DNA of 64,000 nucleotides from an uncultured Luminiphilus sp. (GTDB lineage: Bacteria; Pseudomonadota; Gammaproteobacteria; Pseudomonadales; Halieaceae). The notes beneath the pieces were generated by a model, which did not search any database, had not been told where the DNA came from, and saw only the letters and a program-made list of their open reading frames with translations. The translations under genes were made by a program, and so were the position numbers. The stretch spans positions 52,565-116,564 of the forward strand of contig CALSUB010000006.1 in the NCBI GenBank assembly GCA_943789425.1, read 5' to 3'. Below, in pieces: positions 42,001-52,462 of the stretch. How positions within the stretch are numbered: position 1 is the stretch's first letter; each line of letters opens with the position of its first letter.

Positions 42001-42324
42001 GAGCACACCCTCAGAGGCCAATTTGAGTGCGCAGTTGAGTGCAGTTTGCCCGCCCATCGTAGGCAACAGCGCATCGGGGCGCTCGCGTTCAATAATACGA
42101 GCCACCGTCTGCCACTCAACGGGCTCAATGTAGGTCGCATCCGCCATCGAGGGGTCGGTCATGATCGTTGCAGGATTGGAATTCACTAGGATGACCCGAT
42201 AGCCCTCCTCCCTGAGAGCCTTACAGGCTTGCGCACCGGAGTAGTCGAACTCACACGCCTGACCAATGACAATAGGACCAGCGCCTAAAATCAGCACACT
42301 CTTAATATCGGACCGACGTGGCAT
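39091..42324 (-). CDS. carB: Carbamoyl-phosphate synthase large subunit
   Basis: [55 protein letters not shown] domain. Confidence 0.99.
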   Translation of the reverse strand: MPRRSDIKSVLILGAGPIVIGQACEFDYSGAQACKALREEGYRVILVNSNPATIMTDPSMADATYIEPVEWQTVARIIERERPDALLPTMGGQTALNCALKLASEGVLEKFGVEMIGATKEAIDKAEDREKFDRAMRAIGLATPRAGIAHDMDAAHAVLEDIGFPCIIRPSFTMGGSGGGIAYNRDEFEEICGRGLELSPTNELLIDESLIGWKEYEMEVVRDKNDNCIIVCAIENFDAMGVHTGDSITVAPAQTLTDKEYQIMRDASLAVLREIGVETGGSNVQFGQCPDTGRLVVIEMNPRVSRSSALASKATGFPIAKVAAKLAVGYSLDELKNDITGGATPASFEPALDYVVTKIPRFAFEKFATADPRLTTQMKSVGEVMAIGRTFQESLQKALRGLEVGSAGFEPQMQVVDEDSRSELVDRLTNPGADRIWYVADAFRAGFELEEIYGYSGIDPWFLVQIDDIVQWESRLEGVSLTAIDYQMMWALKRRGFSDQRIADLVSADESAVRAHRWSLNIRPVYKRVDTCAAEFSSSTAYMYSTYEEECEAAPSDRKKILVLGGGPNRIGQGIEFDYCCVHAVLAMREDGYETVMVNCNPETVSTDYDTSDRLYFEPVTLEDVLEIVALEQPTGVIVQFGGQTPLKLARALEAAGVPIIGTTPDQIDRAEDRERFQKMIEGLSLRQPSNTTVRSVEQAVKAASAIGYPLVVRPSYVLGGRAMEIVYREEDLLRYMTDAVRVSEDSPVLLDRFLSAAIEVDIDAVSDGEQVVIGAIMQHIEQAGVHSGDSACSLPPYSLPVDVQEAMREVVRKMALELGVCGLMNVQLAWQDDEIFVIEVNPRASRTVPFVSKAVGLSLAKVAARCMAGQSLVSQGVTREIVPPYFSVKEAVLPFNKFPGTDPILGPEMKSTGEVMGTGDTFAAAFARAQLGAGDDPPTSGLCLISVRDVDKAAAVEVARRLVARGFSLAATGGTAKALTDAGLTVRMVNKVAEGRPHIVDLIKNDEAAIIINTTEGRRAIMDSASIRASAEQHNVFYTTTLAAAEAVCMALEQETDITVRRLQDLHDSIHESRVV

Positions 42325-42341
42325 GCGCTAGCGATCTCCCC

Positions 42342-43482
42342 TCATTGCCGTCCAGACTCCATCGCAGCGAGAAACGGACGAAACAAGCTCGCTGCATCAT
42401 GCGGACCGGGGCTGGCTTCAGGGTGACCCTGAAAGCTGTAAGCCGGCACATCTGTTCGGGCGATGCCTTGTAAAGTGCCATCAAAAAGAGACCGGTGAGT
42501 GACACTCAAGGACGCTGGCAAGTCTGCCTCAGACACGGTGAACCCATGGTTTTGGCTCGTCACCATCACTGTCCCGTCAGCTAGGTTCTGTACCGGATGA
42601 TTCGCTCCGTGATGCCCAAATTTCATTTTTTCAGTCATCGCACCACTCGCCAGACGCAAGAATTTGATGCCCAAGACAGATACCAAACAACGGCATCCGG
42701 TTCTCCATAAGAGTCTGGGCAAGGTCGATCGCATAGCGGCAAGGCTCAGGATCACCAGGGCCATTGGATAGAAAAACCCCGTCTGGCGCATGAGCCATGA
42801 CCTCGGCGTAAGTCGACTGCGCAGGCAACACCGTGACACGACACCCCAGGTCGACCAGGATCCGCAGAATGTTGCGCTTCACACCAAAGTCCAAGGCAAC
42901 CACAGACCAAGGTGCCTCGGTTAAGCGGTCCGAGTCAGACGCTGCTGTGTCGAGTTGCCACGAGCCCTCAGTCCACTCATAGGCCGATGCCGTCGTCACC
43001 TCTTTCGCGAGGTCCATGCCTTTCAAACCGGAGAAGCCGCGCGCGGTCTGCAACGCCTCGTCCTCGTCGACCGCAAGCCCCGTCATAATACAACCACTCT
43101 GAGCACCGCCATCGCGGAGGATGCGGGTGAGCTTGCGCGTATCGATATCAGCGATGGCAACGGTATTGTGCTGGTTTAAATACTCGCTCAAATTCTGCTC
43201 GGAGCGAAAATTTGAGGCTAACAAAGGGAGGTCACGTACGATCAAACCCGCCGCCTGAATGCGACTGGACTCCTCGTCCTCACGAGTCGTTCCCGTATTG
43301 CCAATGTGGGGGTAAGTCAGCGTCACGATCTGGCGACAGTAGGAGGGGTCCGTCAAAATCTCTTGATAACCCGTCATGGCGGTATTGAAAACCACCTCAC
43401 CGACAGTGGTACCCGAAGCACCAATAGACAGGCCGCGGAAGAGCGTGCCATCTTCCAGGGCGAGGACAGCTGGTTGAGACAA
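42342..43482 (-). CDS. carA: Carbamoyl-phosphate synthase small subunit, split by an apparent 1-bp insertion near 42654
   Basis: [22 protein letters not shown] and GICLGHQ in one frame; [13 protein letters not shown] and [13 protein letters not shown] in the next; TTG start at 43482 behind GGAGGT. Confidence 0.93.
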
Positions 43483-43620
43483 ACGGACCTCCCAGTCGTA
43501 GTGGCCTAACGCACATTTCAGGTGCCAAAATAGGCCGGAGCAAGTCACTCCTTGGTCGCAAAAAGCGGACGTTGAGCGCGTGTTGGGCCAGACTAATAAG
43601 CCCGCGCGGGCTGGGAGCGC

Positions 43621-43649
43621 AGTCTACGGGAAACGGCTAGCACTGTCTA
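43621..43649 (-). promoter_or_regulatory. Putative sigma70 promoter of carAB-greA
   Basis: TAGACA-N17-TAGACT followed by a GC-rich discriminator. Confidence 0.55.
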
Positions 43650-43721
43650 TTTTTTGACAACACTGACCCCACATTCCGATGTCCGTTACACTGGCCCGCT
43701 GTCCAGTACGGAAGACACCCA

Positions 43722-44552
43722 ATGGCACTCATCGATCACTATTTTGCGGGCAAAACATTTGCCATCACCGGCGCCGGTGATGGCATTGGCCGTGCCCTTG
43801 CCATCCGGCTCAATCGCGGGGCTTGCCACCTCTGGCTCTGTGATATCAATCCAGAGCGATTGGCAGAGACCTGCGCCTTACTGGATCCCGATCGAGCGTC
43901 CGTGGCATCACAGATTGTCGACTGCGGCAATCGAGATGCCGTATTCAACTGGGCCGGCGACATCGCCGAGCAAACGACCCAGCTTGATGGCCTAATCAAC
44001 AACGCCGGTGTGGGTTACGGCGCACGGTTCGCAGACTCTTCTGAGGATAATTTTAGGTGGCTAATGGATATTAATTTTTGGGGGGTGGTCAACGGCACAC
44101 GCGCCCTGCTGCCGCTACTGACGCAAGCGCCCCGCGGCCATTTAGTCAATGTGTCCTCCATTTTCGGCATGGTCGGGATCCCCACGCAAAGCGCTTATAA
44201 CGCTGCAAAATTTGCCGTTCGTGGTTTCAGCGAGGCTCTTCAAGCGGAGTACTTAGGGACAGCCCTCTCGGTGAGCTGCGTGCACCCTGGGGGCATCCGC
44301 ACTAACATTGCTCGGTCCGCACGCACCGATGGAAGCGCTAGTGTCGCCAACGCGGATGAACGCGACAAACAGTTCCAACAGATGGCACACACCACACCAG
44401 AGCGCGCGGCAGAGATCATTCTTAATGGCACCGCCCGCGGCAAGCGGCGTATTCTCGTCGGCTGGGATGCTTGGCTAGTACAGCAATTCATCAAACTATT
44501 TCCTACGAGCTACCATTGGGTGACCGCGCGATTGGCTAAAGAGCCTCAATGA
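43722..44552 (+). CDS. Short-chain dehydrogenase/reductase
   Basis: TGAGDGIG, NNAG, YNAAK, VHPGGIRT. Confidence 0.93.
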   Translation: MALIDHYFAGKTFAITGAGDGIGRALAIRLNRGACHLWLCDINPERLAETCALLDPDRASVASQIVDCGNRDAVFNWAGDIAEQTTQLDGLINNAGVGYGARFADSSEDNFRWLMDINFWGVVNGTRALLPLLTQAPRGHLVNVSSIFGMVGIPTQSAYNAAKFAVRGFSEALQAEYLGTALSVSCVHPGGIRTNIARSARTDGSASVANADERDKQFQQMAHTTPERAAEIILNGTARGKRRILVGWDAWLVQQFIKLFPTSYHWVTARLAKEPQ

Positions 44553-45769
44553 CTGAATCATCCGCCGCGTACTCGCTTGCCGGCACGGATAAACTGGCCG
44601 GTAAACCGCTATTACTGTTATTTATGGGTTTGTTTGCCACGGCTGTCGGGCAGGCTTTTGTCTTTGCAATCATGCCACCACTCGGTCGCTCAGTCGGTCT
44701 CGATGAAGTCCGCATTACGGCCATTATTTCGACGTCCGCGTTGGTCTTCACACTCATTGCTCCGTTTTGGGGCCGCTTTTCCGACAAGGTCGGGCGCAAG
44801 CCGATCATCATCATCGGCCTGCTGGGCTATTGCATCGGATCCCTCGCGTTTGCCATCTTGTTTGCCGCGGCGGGATCTGGCTGGATTACCGGCACGGGCC
44901 TATTCCTGACTGCGCTCGTGATCCGATCGTTACAGGCGGCAACCATGTCCGCCACCAACCCGGGTTGCATGGCCTATGCCGCTGATCACACCGTCGCGCA
45001 GTATCGCACTCGAACACTTGCCCGACTCTCGAGCGCCAACAGCCTTGGCATGATCATGGGGCCGGTACTGGCCGGACTGGTAGCCGGGTTTGGCTTGCTA
45101 GCCCCCTTAGTGGTCGCCTCTTTTTTGTCGGGCATCGCCGCCATCGTCGTTGCATTGGGGCTCTCCAAAGGCGTGCCGCCCCGAACGCCACAAAATCAGC
45201 CCAAGCGCATCGGTTATTTTGATGCGCGAGTCAGGATGTATTTGATCTCGGCCATTGGCGCTTTCACCGGATTTGCCATGGTGCAGCAAACGCTCGCCTT
45301 CAGATTACAAGACACGCTAGGACTGACAGGCACCGAAACCGCTCAACACGCGGGTTTAGCGATGATGGCCTCGGCTGCCTGCTCCTTATTCATGCAAATG
45401 CTGATTGCACAGCGCTTCAACGGCCCTCCAGTCCAGCTGGTTCGCTGGGGCGCGGGACTCCTCGCGATCGGCACCATTTCCATCAGCGCGCTGGACAGCT
45501 GGACCGCGATCCTAAGCTGTATGGCGCTGATTGGTGCTGGTTTAGGATTGCTCTTACCGGCGGTCGCTGCCGGTGCCTCTTTGGCAGTGGGCCCAGAAGA
45601 ACAGGGCGGCGTATCGGGGCTAGTCAGCGCTTGCCCAGCAGCAGGCTTCGTCCTCGGCCCGATTAGCGGTGGGTTTCTCTACCAGCAAAATGGCCCTGAC
45701 GCCGCCTGGGGCGCCGCCCTCATTCTGGTTGTGGTGTTTCTATCGACGCTACGGCCCATGCGCCAGTGA
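44549..45769 (+). CDS. MFS transporter (DHA1/TetA-like)
   Basis: About 12 hydrophobic segments, motif A WGRFSDKVGRKP. Confidence 0.92.
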   Translation: MTESSAAYSLAGTDKLAGKPLLLLFMGLFATAVGQAFVFAIMPPLGRSVGLDEVRITAIISTSALVFTLIAPFWGRFSDKVGRKPIIIIGLLGYCIGSLAFAILFAAAGSGWITGTGLFLTALVIRSLQAATMSATNPGCMAYAADHTVAQYRTRTLARLSSANSLGMIMGPVLAGLVAGFGLLAPLVVASFLSGIAAIVVALGLSKGVPPRTPQNQPKRIGYFDARVRMYLISAIGAFTGFAMVQQTLAFRLQDTLGLTGTETAQHAGLAMMASAACSLFMQMLIAQRFNGPPVQLVRWGAGLLAIGTISISALDSWTAILSCMALIGAGLGLLLPAVAAGASLAVGPEEQGGVSGLVSACPAAGFVLGPISGGFLYQQNGPDAAWGAALILVVVFLSTLRPMRQ

Positions 45770-45771
45770 AT

Positions 45772-46224
45772 TCAGCGTGAGTCCACACGCGTGTCCAAAG
45801 CTTCGATTGCGGAGCGAATCGACGCGGGGATCTCAGCAGACAAGCCGGACGCTCGCGCGACAAAAGCGTGGGTGAACTGACCGGTGACACAACTCTGATG
45901 CGCATCCGGCGCAAAGACGCCCAGCGACCACGTCACTGACTTGGTTCCTAAACGAGCGACGCGAAGACCGATGCTCAGTGTCGCGGGATAACTGACCGGC
46001 GTGAAATAATTAGCGCTCGATTGAACCACGTACCCCACCACCTCGTCCGACCCGGGACGCATTGCACCCTCTTCGATCAGAAAACGATTCACCACCGTAT
46101 CGAAATAAGCGTAATAGGCGACATTGTTGATGTGGCCATAGATATCGTTATCTGCCCACCGTGATTCGAGAGCGTAAAACAGTGAAAAGTCAGCCCGGTT
46201 TGCCGGGGCGGGTCGGTCTGTCAC
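45772..46224 (-). CDS. Acyl-CoA thioesterase (4HBT/YbgC hot-dog family)
   Basis: RWADNDIYGHINNVAYYAYFD; GTG start at 46224 overlaps the upstream stop. Confidence 0.92.
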   Translation of the reverse strand: MTDRPAPANRADFSLFYALESRWADNDIYGHINNVAYYAYFDTVVNRFLIEEGAMRPGSDEVVGYVVQSSANYFTPVSYPATLSIGLRVARLGTKSVTWSLGVFAPDAHQSCVTGQFTHAFVARASGLSAEIPASIRSAIEALDTRVDSR

Positions 46225-47372
46225 GCTCGACCCTCCCAAGCACTGCGGTACAAGGCCAGGGCTGCCGGCTCGTCCACCATCACTGGGTTGTTGACCAGCA
46301 GACGCTGTTGCTGCATGGCGTCGGCAGCCAGCATAGGCAAATCTTGCTCGGGCACGTTGGCGTCGGACAAGTTTTGAGGCAAACCGGCGTCCGCAATCAA
46401 TTGCTCGAACCACACCACAAACCCTTCCACTCCCGGCCCAACAGGTTGAGGTAACAGCGTCGCCAACTCCAAGTAGAGCGCCTCACACACCGGCGCATTA
46501 AATCGCAGCACCGCGGGCAGCATCAGCGCATTACTGAGCCCGTGAGGCATGTGGTAGTGGCCGCCCAAGGGGTACGCCAGCGCATGGACCGCCGCCACGG
46601 GTGCATTGGCAAAGGCCTGTCCAGCCAACGTCGCACCCAACAGCATGGCTTCCCGCGCTGCCATATCGTCTGGATGACTCAGCACCCTCCTCTGGTGACC
46701 TGCCAACAACTGCAGTGCACGTCTTGCCAACGTGTCCGAAATGGGATTTTTTTTGACCTTCGAGGTAAACGCCTCGATCGCATGGACCATGGCATCGATC
46801 CCTGTCATGGCACTCACATGAGGCGGCAGTCCAAGGGTGAGCTGCGGATCCAACACAGCAACATCGGGCAATAACCGACTTGAGCTAATACCCGCTTTGG
46901 TTGTCGCACCGGTGGTGATCACCGCCACGGGGGTCACCTCTGAGCCTGTGCCGGCCGTGGTAGGAATGAGCACTAAGGGCAATCTCTCGGAAGTGACTTG
47001 GTCAACGCCGTACAGATCTGGCAGCGACTGCTGCCCAGTGGCTAGAACGGCAATAACCTTGGCCACGTCCATTGAACTACCGCCGCCCAGACCAATCACG
47101 CCGTCGGCAGATGCGGTTTTCAGGGCGTGGAGCGCCGCCTCAACGACAGACTCTGACGGATCAGCCGTGACGGCTGAAAACACACTGACCTCATCATAAA
47201 CACGAGCGACACCATCGCGAACCGGATCCAGAAGACCGATTTGCACCAGTCCGGGATCGGTCACGATCAGCGGCTTAGCGATACCCAGCTGCTGACACAG
47301 CGCCCCCAACTGCTGCGCTGCACCCGCACCCACGCGGATATCAGCCACTGTATTGAATTGAAAGCCCGCCAT
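46221..47372 (-). CDS. Iron-containing alcohol dehydrogenase
   Basis: GLGGGSSMDVAK, PTTAGTGSE, DAMVHAIE, HALAYPLGGHYHMPHG. Confidence 0.94.
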   Translation of the reverse strand: MAGFQFNTVADIRVGAGAAQQLGALCQQLGIAKPLIVTDPGLVQIGLLDPVRDGVARVYDEVSVFSAVTADPSESVVEAALHALKTASADGVIGLGGGSSMDVAKVIAVLATGQQSLPDLYGVDQVTSERLPLVLIPTTAGTGSEVTPVAVITTGATTKAGISSSRLLPDVAVLDPQLTLGLPPHVSAMTGIDAMVHAIEAFTSKVKKNPISDTLARRALQLLAGHQRRVLSHPDDMAAREAMLLGATLAGQAFANAPVAAVHALAYPLGGHYHMPHGLSNALMLPAVLRFNAPVCEALYLELATLLPQPVGPGVEGFVVWFEQLIADAGLPQNLSDANVPEQDLPMLAADAMQQQRLLVNNPVMVDEPAALALYRSAWEGRA

Positions 47373-48349
47373 CAGAGCGTCAAAATGACCTTTCCCTTTG
47401 CTCTGCGTTCCATCATAGCGGCGTAAGCTGCCTCATACTCTTCGATCGGGAACAAATCGGTGATCACCGGTTTGATCTTGCCCTCCTCAAACCACTGCCA
47501 CAGCGTTTTGATATTCGCCTGATGCGTTTCAGGTTCCTCCATGGTGAAGCGGCCCCAAAAGACCCCCACAATGGCGCACCCTTTGAGCAAGGTTAGGTTA
47601 AGGGGAATGCTCGGAATCGGCCCGGAGGCGAATCCGATCACCAGGTAGCGGCCATTCCAACCCATCGATCTGACAGCGGGTTCGCTGAAGTCGCCCCCAA
47701 CCGGATCATAAACGACGTCGACGCCTTTCCCACCGGTCAATGCTTTGACGCGGTCTTTCAGTGACTCCGTGCTGTAGTTAATGATGTGGTCGGCACCGAG
47801 CTCCTGGCACAGCGCGAGCTTGTCATCACTGCTCGCGGCAGCGATTACCGTGGCGCCCAAGGCCTTACCCAGCTCAACGGCAGTGCTACCGACGCCACCC
47901 GCCGCACCCAAAACAAGCAGAGTTTCTCCGGGTTGAATCTGCGCTCTTTGCACCAGCGCGTGGTACGACGTGAGGTAAGTAATCGAAACCCCAGCAGCGG
48001 CCTCAAAAGACAGCGCCGCGGGCTTGGGCAGAACCGCCAGTTCATGGGCGACCACTTGCCCGCAAAAACCACCGGAACCAGCGCTATGGATCACCTCATC
48101 ACCCACTTTCCAGCGGGTCACGTCCGCACCGATTGCCTCAACCACGCCGGCACACTCGCCACCCGGTATAAAGGGTAAATCGGGTTGCATCTGATATTTA
48201 CCCTGAATAATCAGCACGTCAGGAAAATTGAGTCCCGCCGCTTTAACCCCGATTAATACATCCGAGGGGCCTACCTCTGGTGTTGGCCAGTCCGCCACCA
48301 AATCTAATGCATCGGGCAAACCGTGCTCACGACAGACTAACGCTTTCAT
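47372..48349 (-). CDS. NADPH:quinone oxidoreductase family (MDR, zeta-crystallin-like)
   Basis: GLNFPD, PGGECAG, LGAAGGVG, YDPVGG; start at MKALV (48349). Confidence 0.93.
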   Translation of the reverse strand: MKALVCREHGLPDALDLVADWPTPEVGPSDVLIGVKAAGLNFPDVLIIQGKYQMQPDLPFIPGGECAGVVEAIGADVTRWKVGDEVIHSAGSGGFCGQVVAHELAVLPKPAALSFEAAAGVSITYLTSYHALVQRAQIQPGETLLVLGAAGGVGSTAVELGKALGATVIAAASSDDKLALCQELGADHIINYSTESLKDRVKALTGGKGVDVVYDPVGGDFSEPAVRSMGWNGRYLVIGFASGPIPSIPLNLTLLKGCAIVGVFWGRFTMEEPETHQANIKTLWQWFEEGKIKPVITDLFPIEEYEAAYAAMMERRAKGKVILTL

Positions 48350-48350
48350 A

Positions 48351-49529
48351 TCAGTAGACCTCGAATAGTCCAGCGGCGCCCATACCACCGCCAACACACA
48401 TAGTGACCACAACGTATTTCACACCCCGACGCTTACCCTCGATCAGAGCGTGACCGAGCAAACGAGAGCCGCTCATCCCATAAGGATGCCCTACCGCAAT
48501 CGCCCCACCGTCGACATTGAGTTTGTCGTTATCGATACCCAACTGGTCCCGGCAATACAGTACTTGGACGGCAAAGGCCTCATTGAGTTCCCATAATCCG
48601 ATGTCATCCACCGTTAACCCATGCTGCTTCAATAACTTTGGAATGGCGTAAACCGGTCCGATACCCATCTCATCGGGTTCACAGCCCGCTACCGCCACTC
48701 CGCGATAAGCGCCAAGCGGATTCAAGCCCATTTTTTGCGCCAACCCTGCCTCCATGACGACTTGCGCAGAGGCACCGTCAGACAACTGCGACGCGTTGCC
48801 CGCAGTAATGGTGCCGCCTTCAATGACCGTTCGAAGGCCCTGAACGCCCTCCAGCGTTGACGCGCGCACCCCTTCATCGGCACTCACAGTCGCTTCTGCT
48901 GTTGACTGCTCACCGGTCTCCTTGTTGTAAACAATTCGCTCACAGGTGACGGGTGTGAGCTCATCGTCAAACCTGCCTGCTTGATAAGCGGCAGCCGCGC
49001 GCTGCTGTGATTGCAGTCCGTATTCATCCATGGCTTCGCGCGAGATGCCATAGCGAGCAGCCACCACCTCCGCTGTCTGAAGCATGGGCATGTAGATGTC
49101 CTTTTGCATCGCCAGCAACTCTTCGTCGACCGCTCGGTGCAAATTCATGTGCTCATTCTGGACTAAAGAGATCGAGTCGACTCCGCCCCCTATAGCCACC
49201 TCAACCCCATCCTGCACGACTTGATTCGCAGCAATCGCAACCGCCATCATGCCTGATGAACACTGCCGATCGACCGTCATGCCACCGACCGACACCGGCA
49301 GCCCTGCTCGCAATGCCGCAGTCCGAGCAATGTTGCCACCCTGACTACCTTGGGTCAGCGCACACCCCATGATGCAGTCCTCTACCAGCGCGGGATCAAC
49401 CCCCGCGCGCTGCACTGCGGCACTGATGGCATGCCCTGCTAGGGTCGGCGCTGCTAAGTTATTAAACCCACCTCGATAGGCTTTCCCGATGGGCGTTCGC
49501 GCCGTTGAAACAATGACTGCTTCTCTCAT
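48351..49529 (-). CDS. Acetyl-CoA C-acyltransferase (thiolase)
   Basis: [26 protein letters not shown]; start at MREAV (49529). Confidence 0.96.
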   Translation of the reverse strand: MREAVIVSTARTPIGKAYRGGFNNLAAPTLAGHAISAAVQRAGVDPALVEDCIMGCALTQGSQGGNIARTAALRAGLPVSVGGMTVDRQCSSGMMAVAIAANQVVQDGVEVAIGGGVDSISLVQNEHMNLHRAVDEELLAMQKDIYMPMLQTAEVVAARYGISREAMDEYGLQSQQRAAAAYQAGRFDDELTPVTCERIVYNKETGEQSTAEATVSADEGVRASTLEGVQGLRTVIEGGTITAGNASQLSDGASAQVVMEAGLAQKMGLNPLGAYRGVAVAGCEPDEMGIGPVYAIPKLLKQHGLTVDDIGLWELNEAFAVQVLYCRDQLGIDNDKLNVDGGAIAVGHPYGMSGSRLLGHALIEGKRRGVKYVVVTMCVGGGMGAAGLFEVY

Positions 49530-49626
49530 GTTGTCGTCCTCTGCGTGAGTCTCTGTTCGTTGTGAGTGCCTTGTGCCTGCTGAGCAAAGCGACAAGGCGG
49601 GGATTCTTTTTCTGATCGGGGATCAG

Positions 49627-50547
49627 CTACTGACTCATATCAAGCCCAAGTCCTGCGGCTGCCTGACCAATCATCTTGATACTTTGCTCAAAGCCTGCCT
49701 GTAACGCTCGCTCGCCCCCCTCGGAAATCTGCGACCAATTGGCGGCAATACCCTCGGGCGTTTGCTCTGCCTCGGGCAACCACATACCTTCGGTTTCGAC
49801 AATTTTTGCAACGGCAAAGGCGCCGGCGCCCGCCGCGAGAATAGCGCGAGTAGGCGCCTCATCCGACACCAGAAACAGCACCGCGGGGGTCACGGTTTCT
49901 GGGGTGAGTAATGCAAATGCCTTGTCGTCAATCAGTCCTTCGGTCATCCGCGTTCCGGCAGTGGGGGCCAGCGCGTTGATCTTGACGTTATATTTCGCAC
50001 CTTCCTGAGCTAGGGTATTCATCATTCCCACCACGGCCATTTTCGCTGCGCCGTAGTTGCTCTGCCCAAAATTACCGTAGAGTCCACTGGAGGAAGACGT
50101 GACCACAATGCGCCCATACTCTTGCGCTTTCATGATGTCCCAGCACGCCTTAGTGCAGTGGACAGTACCCATCAGGTGGACATCCGCGACAAGGCGAAAA
50201 TCATCCACCGTCCCCTTGGAGAAACTTTTGTCTCTGAGGATGCCAGCATTGTTAACTAGGATATCAATACGGCCCCAACGCGCCATTGTTTGAGCGACCA
50301 TGTCCTCTACTTGCGACAAATCGGCGACATTGGCACCGTGCGCCATCGCCTCGCCGCCCATCGCTTCGATCTCAGCGACCACCGCCAGCGATGCCGATGA
50401 GTTCGCTCCCTCTCCCGAGACCGACCCACCTAGGTCATTCACTACTACTTTGGCGCCACGCTTTGCCAGCTCTAGGGCGTGACAGCGTCCGAGGCCACCT
50501 CCGGCCCCGGTGACAATGGCCACCTTGTCGTCGTAACGAATCGTCAT
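49627..50547 (-). CDS. SDR resembling the MFE-2-type 3-hydroxyacyl-CoA dehydrogenase domain
   Basis: TGAGGGLGR, AKVVVNDLGG, NNAGILRD, GLYGNFGQSNYGAAK. Confidence 0.9.
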   Translation of the reverse strand: MTIRYDDKVAIVTGAGGGLGRCHALELAKRGAKVVVNDLGGSVSGEGANSSASLAVVAEIEAMGGEAMAHGANVADLSQVEDMVAQTMARWGRIDILVNNAGILRDKSFSKGTVDDFRLVADVHLMGTVHCTKACWDIMKAQEYGRIVVTSSSSGLYGNFGQSNYGAAKMAVVGMMNTLAQEGAKYNVKINALAPTAGTRMTEGLIDDKAFALLTPETVTPAVLFLVSDEAPTRAILAAGAGAFAVAKIVETEGMWLPEAEQTPEGIAANWSQISEGGERALQAGFEQSIKMIGQAAAGLGLDMSQ

Positions 50548-50565
50548 CTTTTTCTCTCCACTTGA

Positions 50566-51030
50566 TTAACCAGTAATAGACATGCCAAGCCACTCAGCAT
50601 AAACCGCCGGAGTGTCCTCACCTTCAATTTCAACCGTGACCGCCTGCTTCACCAAGAATCGATTTGCGTCTTTGCGGTCTACCGACACAATTTCCGTGTG
50701 GGCGCGTACGCGCTTGCCGGCACGAACGGGGTTTAAGAAACGGACCTTATCCAGTCCGTAGTTCACACCCATAACAATCCCTTCAGGATAAATGCCATTT
50801 TCAGCACACAGTTTGGTGAGCAAAGACAAGGTCAAAAATCCGTGGGCAATCGTCCCGCCAAACGGGGTTTGTGCGGCCGCCTCTTCGTCCAAGTGGATGA
50901 ATTGGTGATCTTCCGTGCAATCCGCAAAGGCATTAATCCTCGCCTGATCGATTTCGAACCACTCTCCCGCCGGCAGTGACACACCAACTTGATTTTCCAT
51001 CTCTTCGGGTTTTACCAACTTCATTGCCAT
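50566..51030 (-). CDS. MaoC-family dehydratase ((R)-specific enoyl-CoA hydratase-like)
   Basis: FADCTEDHQFIHLD, PFGGTIAHGFL, NYGLDKVRF. Confidence 0.93.
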   Translation of the reverse strand: MAMKLVKPEEMENQVGVSLPAGEWFEIDQARINAFADCTEDHQFIHLDEEAAAQTPFGGTIAHGFLTLSLLTKLCAENGIYPEGIVMGVNYGLDKVRFLNPVRAGKRVRAHTEIVSVDRKDANRFLVKQAVTVEIEGEDTPAVYAEWLGMSITG

Positions 51031-51084
51031 GCGCGAATCTCCTTTGCCCTATCAATTGATTATTGTCACGAGTCGTGACGCTTA

Positions 51085-52338
51085 TTAGCCGTCGCGAAAA
51101 GTGGCGCCCACTTCTGCGGCATCGGCAAGATACGGTTTTAATTCGTTGCGACCGACAACCATTCGGTGCACTGCGTCGGGGCCATCGGCGAGCCGAAGTG
51201 TGCGCTGCCCAGACCACATTTCGGCTAGGGGGGTATCCTGCGAGACCCCGATTCCTCCGAACATTTGGATCGCCTCATCGACCACTTTGAGCGTCATATT
51301 GGGCACGACCGTCTTGATCATCGAAATCCAAATGCGGGCTTCCTTGGGTGAGGTATGATCCATCAGCCAAGCAGTCTTAAGTGTCAGCAAGCGCGCCTGC
51401 TCGATGTTCATTCGAGCGTCGGCGATGATATCGATGTTACCGCCCAGCTTATACAGCGGACGGCCAAACGCCTCGCGTGATACGGCTCTCTGGCACAATA
51501 GCTCAAGTGCTTTTTCCGCAGCACCAATTGAACGCATGCAGTGGTGAATGCGGCCTGGACCCAGGCGCCCTTGGGATATCTCAAAACCACGGCCGGGCCC
51601 CAAAATAATATTATCTTTAGGCACTCGAACGTTGTTGAGCTTCACCCGCATATGGCCATGCGGGGCATCCAGCATATTAAAGACCTTGAGTGGCCTTATC
51701 ATTTCGATACCCTCGGACGCCAGCGGCACCAGAATCTGTGACTGCTGAAGGTGCTTGGGCGCCTCCGGGTCAGTCTTCACCATGCAGATCATCACTTTGC
51801 AGCGAGGATCGCCGGCGCCAGAGGTCCAATGCTTCTCGCCATTAATGACCCATTCATCGCCCTCTAGGCGAGCCGAAGTTGAGACATTGGTTGCATCAGA
51901 TGACGCCACATCGGGCTCAGTCATGCCAAAGCAAGAGCGGATCTCACCTTGCATGAGTGGCTCCAGCCACTGCTTCTTTTGAGCCTCACTCCCATACTTG
52001 TGCAACACCTCCATGTTGCCGGTATCGGGCGCAGAACAATTAAAGATCTCAGCAGCGAGACGCGATTTACCCATTTCTTCTGCCAGATAGGCATACTCCA
52101 CGGTATTCAAACCAGAGCCTTTTTCACCTGTCAGGAAAAAGTTCCACAAACCTTCATTTCGAGCACGGCTCTTTAGCGAATCCAAAATGTCGAGTTGCCG
52201 TGGTGTCAGTACAAAAGGGTCATCGACTTCGATTTCCGCCACAAACTCCTCCTCAACTGGGAGGATATGCTTTTCGGTAAACGCTCTCACTTTCTCCAAT
52301 AAGGGCGCAACCTGCTCTGAGATCCCTAAATCCATCAT
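51085..52338 (-). CDS. Acyl-CoA dehydrogenase (ACAD10/11, FadE1/2-like group)
   Basis: FNCSAPDTGNMEVL, MTEPDVASSDATN, QGRLGPGRIHHCMR, RLADGPDAVH. Confidence 0.95.
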   Translation of the reverse strand: MMDLGISEQVAPLLEKVRAFTEKHILPVEEEFVAEIEVDDPFVLTPRQLDILDSLKSRARNEGLWNFFLTGEKGSGLNTVEYAYLAEEMGKSRLAAEIFNCSAPDTGNMEVLHKYGSEAQKKQWLEPLMQGEIRSCFGMTEPDVASSDATNVSTSARLEGDEWVINGEKHWTSGAGDPRCKVMICMVKTDPEAPKHLQQSQILVPLASEGIEMIRPLKVFNMLDAPHGHMRVKLNNVRVPKDNIILGPGRGFEISQGRLGPGRIHHCMRSIGAAEKALELLCQRAVSREAFGRPLYKLGGNIDIIADARMNIEQARLLTLKTAWLMDHTSPKEARIWISMIKTVVPNMTLKVVDEAIQMFGGIGVSQDTPLAEMWSGQRTLRLADGPDAVHRMVVGRNELKPYLADAAEVGATFRDG

Positions 52339-52420
52339 TTCCTCCTAACGCGTCGCGTCACACTATTGATCCGATTGCCCCAAGCCACAAAGCGGTCATG
52401 GCTCAAAATTCGAGGTCGGT

Positions 52421-52462
52421 TACTGCGCCCTATCTACTGCGCCCTATCTACTGCGCCCTATA
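52421..52462. repeat. Three tandem copies of a 14-bp unit
   Basis: tactgcgccctatc tactgcgccctatc tactgcgccctata. Confidence 0.95.

Noticed and set aside
42631-42665. Programmed ribosomal frameshift in carA
   Set aside because: No slippery heptamer or stimulatory element at the break; an indel error or mutation is simpler.
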